Source of the DNA: an uncultured delta proteobacterium
GTDB lineage: Bacteria > Myxococcota_A > UBA9160 > SMWR01
Assembly: GCA_963832165.1 (NCBI GenBank)
Contig: CAWHTE010000004.1
Span: 512,001-576,000 of the forward strand
DNA: 64,000 nt
Reading direction: 5' to 3'
This document shows positions 60,807 to 64,000 of this stretch, piece by piece (positions within the stretch are counted from its first letter, which is position 1; each line of letters starts with the position of its first letter). The notes below the pieces were generated by a model. It was given only the letters and a program-made list of their open reading frames with translations, made no database searches and was not told the DNA's origin. A program made the translations under genes and the position numbers.

Positions 60807-61872
60807 CCAGGCAGCCCTCGTCGTCGTCGTCGTCGATCACGAGCGGCAGCGCGTGGATCACGTATTCGAGGTAGCGGTTCGCCTCTTCGGACAGGCCCTC
60901 GAAGCGCAGCATGAGGCCGCGCTCGCCGTCGTCGCGGTCGACGATCGCCTTGAGGATCAGCGGCGCCTCGCGGGTCTCGGGGTGCACTGCGAGCCGCAGG
61001 CGCATGCCGACGAGCAGCCTCGGATTGGGGGAAACGCGCATGCCGCGCCGCGAGAGATCGCGGCCCATCAGCACGCGCGCGGCCTGCTCCTCGAGCGACA
61101 CGACCGTGTGATCGAATTGATGGCGCGTTTCCCCGCGGCGTTCCGCAGCGGCCGCCTCCGCGATCGCAGGTGCGCCCTCGCACACGGCGGGACCCTCGGA
61201 GTGGACGTCGACGGCGGCCTGCAGCAGCGCGTACACGCGCGTGCTCGGCGGATCGAACTGCGCCGTGGTCACGAATCGGCCCAGCGCCTGATCGCGGCTG
61301 GCCGAGCACTCGACGACGCGCGCGCCGAGCGAGAGCGCCTTGCTGCCCGTGACCTCCGCGGGAATCTGGACCCGGAACGGCGTCCCGCGGTCGACCATGC
61401 GATCGGTGATCAGACGGCAGCCGCTCACGGAGAGATCGATGAGCAGTGCGGGGCGCTGCCGCCAGCCCAGCTTCACGCGCACGGGGGCACCCACGCTCAC
61501 GCGCGCGGCGCGGCGCTTCTCGGGGCCGCGGTACAGCGAGTGCAGCACGAGCGCACGCAGCGCAGAGGGGTGGACCGGCCGCCGCACCAGCATCGTGCGG
61601 CCCCTGCGGCGCAGCGAGCTGCGCAGCGTGCGCGCGTCGTGCGAGAGGATGGCGATCTGGGTGGGCGTCGAGACGGAGGAGGGCAGATGGAGGTCGAGGA
61701 TCCGCTTCGCGGACGCGACCACGAGGTCCCACGGGGTGTAGCGGTCCTGCTCGCTCTCGGGGCCGAGCCGCTCGATGAACGGGACCTGGAGCGCCACCAG
61801 CAATGCACGCACGTCGGCCAGTTCGCCGTCGTGGATCAGCAGGGAACGCGGGGCGGCAGGAGCTTGCATCAT
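60781..61872 (-). CDS. Tandem PilZ-domain protein
   Basis: EKRRAAR...DLSVSG and ERRGETR...DLSRRG (RxxxR plus DxSxxG, twice). Confidence 0.8.
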   Translation of the reverse strand: MMQAPAAPRSLLIHDGELADVRALLVALQVPFIERLGPESEQDRYTPWDLVVASAKRILDLHLPSSVSTPTQIAILSHDARTLRSSLRRRGRTMLVRRPVHPSALRALVLHSLYRGPEKRRAARVSVGAPVRVKLGWRQRPALLIDLSVSGCRLITDRMVDRGTPFRVQIPAEVTGSKALSLGARVVECSASRDQALGRFVTTAQFDPPSTRVYALLQAAVDVHSEGPAVCEGAPAIAEAAAAERRGETRHQFDHTVVSLEEQAARVLMGRDLSRRGMRVSPNPRLLVGMRLRLAVHPETREAPLILKAIVDRDDGERGLMLRFEGLSEEANRYLEYVIHALPLVIDDDDDEGCLVTELLEAS

Positions 61873-61941
61873 CCGGTGCGTGGCGCTCGGGAGGGTGGCT
61901 CTTCTCCATCGGTCGGCTCGGGGCGGCTCTGAAGACGCCAG

Positions 61942-62739
61942 CTAGCGCGGCAGCTCGATCCGGCGGAAGCGCGCGACCAGGAGGCCGGTCGCCAGCGCGG
62001 CCCATCCGAACGCGCGCAGGTACGGCGAGACCGGGGGGTCCGGGAGGTCCGTGGGCGCGATCCAGGGGGAGAGCGCGCTCACGGGTGCGGCGAGCCATGC
62101 GGGTCCGTGGCGCGCGACGGCGCCCATGAGCCCGGCCAGGTCGGCTCCGAGCAGGCCCGCGAGCTCGATCCCGACCACCGCGGCCCCGAGCCCGCCGAAG
62201 AGCAGCAGCGTCGCAGCGCGCGGCAGCGAGAGCGAGACAGCCATCGCGAGCGCCGCGACGCTCCACGCCCCGATACCGACCGCGAAGGCGGCGCGCAGCG
62301 CGGGTCCCACCGAGAAGCCCGGGCGATCCGCCGCGAGCACGACCGCGAGTGCGAGCAGCGCTCCGCCCAATGCCACGGCGCAGATCCAGGCGCCCGCGAG
62401 CCGCGCGAGCACCAGGCCATCGCGCGTGACGGGCCGCGCGAGCACAGCCTCGACGACCCCCTCCTCGAGCGCCGCAGCGAGCCCATCGGAGGCGAGCAGC
62501 GCTGCGATCGCGTAGGTCCACAGCGCGATCAGCGCGATGCTCGCGATCGCCGCGATCACCTGGAAGTCGTTCGCGGCCCCGGACAGCGTCTCGCCCTGGA
62601 TCGATACTGCGGCCTCGCAATGGCCGCAGCGCGCGATCGCGAGTCCCGCGATCGCGCTCGCGACCGCCGCCGCGACGAGCCCGCGCCGCCGTGCCGCATC
62701 GCGCACCGCTTCGCGCACGAGCGCCGAGAACCCGCTCAT
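61942..62739 (-). CDS. ABC-2 type transporter permease
   Basis: Multiple TM helices, EEGVVEAVLARPVTR..LVLARL motif; ATGA overlap with the ATPase gene. Confidence 0.78.
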   Translation of the reverse strand: MSGFSALVREAVRDAARRRGLVAAAVASAIAGLAIARCGHCEAAVSIQGETLSGAANDFQVIAAIASIALIALWTYAIAALLASDGLAAALEEGVVEAVLARPVTRDGLVLARLAGAWICAVALGGALLALAVVLAADRPGFSVGPALRAAFAVGIGAWSVAALAMAVSLSLPRAATLLLFGGLGAAVVGIELAGLLGADLAGLMGAVARHGPAWLAAPVSALSPWIAPTDLPDPPVSPYLRAFGWAALATGLLVARFRRIELPR

Positions 62740-63446
62740 CGGCCCACCGCGCGCACGAACGCGTCCTCGAGCGTCTCGCCCTCGCGCACGAGCGTGCGCA
62801 GCGCACCCGATGCGACGACGCGCCCGCGGTCGATGATCGCCACGTGATCGCAGGTGCGCTCCACTTCGGAGAGCTGGTGCGAGCACACGAGCACGGTGGC
62901 GCCGCGCGCGCGCTCGCCTTCGATCCAGCCGCGCGCATCGCGGATCCCGAGCGGGTCGAGCCCGCTCCCGGGCTCGTCGAGCACGAGCAGAGTGGGAGCG
63001 CCGAGCAGCGCGGTGGCGAAGCCGAGTCGCTGGCGCAGCCCCTTCGAGAGCGACGCGATCGGCTCGTGGGCGCGATCGGCGATCCCCGTGCGCTCGAGCA
63101 CCGCGCCGATCGAGGACTCGGCCGCGCCGCTCGCGAGTCCGATCAGCTCTGCGTGCAGCGCGAGCCACCGCGCGGGTGTCGCGCGCCCGGGCAGCGCGAG
63201 TCGCTCGGGCAACAGGCCTACGCCCACGCGCGCACGCGGATCCGCGGGCGCGTGTCCCTGCAGCGCGACCTCGCCCGCAGTCGCGCGCGCGAAGCCGAGT
63301 GCGAGGCGCAGTGCGGTGGTCTTGCCCGCGCCGTTCGGGCCGAGCAGACCCCACGAGCTTCCGACCGGGATCGCGAGATCGAACGCCTCGAGCGCAGTGC
63401 GTCGTCCGTAGCGCTTGTGGGCGGCGCGCCATTCGATCGCGTACAT
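62736..63446 (-). CDS. ABC transporter ATP-binding protein
   Basis: GPNGAGKTT, LSKG signature, LVLDEP, SH switch. Confidence 0.9.
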   Translation of the reverse strand: MYAIEWRAAHKRYGRRTALEAFDLAIPVGSSWGLLGPNGAGKTTALRLALGFARATAGEVALQGHAPADPRARVGVGLLPERLALPGRATPARWLALHAELIGLASGAAESSIGAVLERTGIADRAHEPIASLSKGLRQRLGFATALLGAPTLLVLDEPGSGLDPLGIRDARGWIEGERARGATVLVCSHQLSEVERTCDHVAIIDRGRVVASGALRTLVREGETLEDAFVRAVGR

Positions 63447-63498
63447 CGCGTCCTTTCGAATCGGCGCGTTGGTACGGGTTTGATCCCCGATCCCCGCT

Positions 63499-64000
63499 AT
63501 GCTGGCGCGCGTGGCGAACGGCAGCAACAGCGCGGCGCTCGTGATCTCGGCGTTGATCATCGGCTCGTCGATCGTGGCCGGCTCGTTTCTCGTGCGCTCC
63601 GCGGTCGATCGCACGGGTGCCGAGGTGAGTGCGCTCAAGACGGCGATCGAGGCTGCAGCGGCGCCCCCGCCGCGGCGCGATGTCGCGCGGCGCGCGCCCG
63701 TCGACGCGAACCGGCGCTATACCGTGAAAACGGAGGGCTCGCCCGCACGCGGCAATCCGGACGCGAAGATCGCGTTGATCGAGTTCAGCGACTTCCAATG
63801 TCCCTACTGCAGCCGAGCCGTCGCCACGCTCGATGAGGTCAGCAAGGCCTACGGCGACAAGGTGCGGGTCGTGTTCAAGCACATGCCGCTCGGCAATCAC
63901 CCGAAGGCGCCTGCGGCGCACGCTGCGGCCGAGGCCGCGCACCGCCAGGGCAAGTTCTGGGAGATGCACGACAAGATCTTCGCGAACCAGAAGGACATGA
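63499..64000 (+). CDS. DsbA-family thiol-disulfide oxidoreductase, partial (runs off the window)
   Basis: Manual translation: N-terminal TM helix, EFSDFQCPYC, VFKHMPL, AAEAAHRQGKFWEMHD. Confidence 0.88.
   Translation, partial: MLARVANGSNSAALVISALIIGSSIVAGSFLVRSAVDRTGAEVSALKTAIEAAAAPPPRRDVARRAPVDANRRYTVKTEGSPARGNPDAKIALIEFSDFQCPYCSRAVATLDEVSKAYGDKVRVVFKHMPLGNHPKAPAAHAAAEAAHRQGKFWEMHDKIFANQKDM

Noticed and set aside
1..64000. tRNA, rRNA, integrase or prophage genes
   Set aside because: None recognised by eye; intergenic spaces are short and mostly explained by REPs or promoters

Overview
High-GC bacterial DNA. PEP-CTERM-type tails, a PilZ protein, a DsbA and many lipid/steroid catabolic genes suggest a Gram-negative, possibly Myxococcota-like organism (inference only). 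Many single-base frameshifts, including in ilvB and an RNA methyltransferase, point to an error-prone long-read consensus rather than mass pseudogenisation. 1-18.7 kb: a STAND/AAA ATPase regulator-like gene lies divergent from four tandem ~1300-aa surface-protein paralogues. Each has a conserved N-terminal domain, exactly 14 integrin-alpha-like FG-GAP repeats (7+7), a Cys-pair C-terminal domain and an LPEPG-TM-basic tail. They are arranged A-B-B'-A', with a 5'-truncated acyl-CoA dehydrogenase in the middle. 18.7-24 kb: an unknown gene paired with a nucleotidyltransferase, two amidohydrolases, and a REP-associated tyrosine transposase (RAYT) with a REP cluster. GTAG-type REPs of two subtypes recur at gene ends across the window. 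26.8-32.6 kb: an ipdF-ipdE1(fadE30) / fadD3 steroid C/D-ring (HIP) cluster with the Mycobacterium-like divergent layout, plus a TetR. A 17-bp candidate operator is shared by the TetR leader and the divergent promoter. The remainder holds a HAL2-type nucleotidase, YbaL, M48 protease, ALDH, a C4orf33/UPF0462-like protein, CocE/NonD hydrolase, two-component genes, an SDR-kinase-GH3-GH3 operon, LLM, HAD, ilvB/ilvN, an RlmD-like MTase, S8 protease, PilZ protein, ABC exporter and a partial DsbA. All assignments come from motif reading and recalled family sequences; no searches were run.
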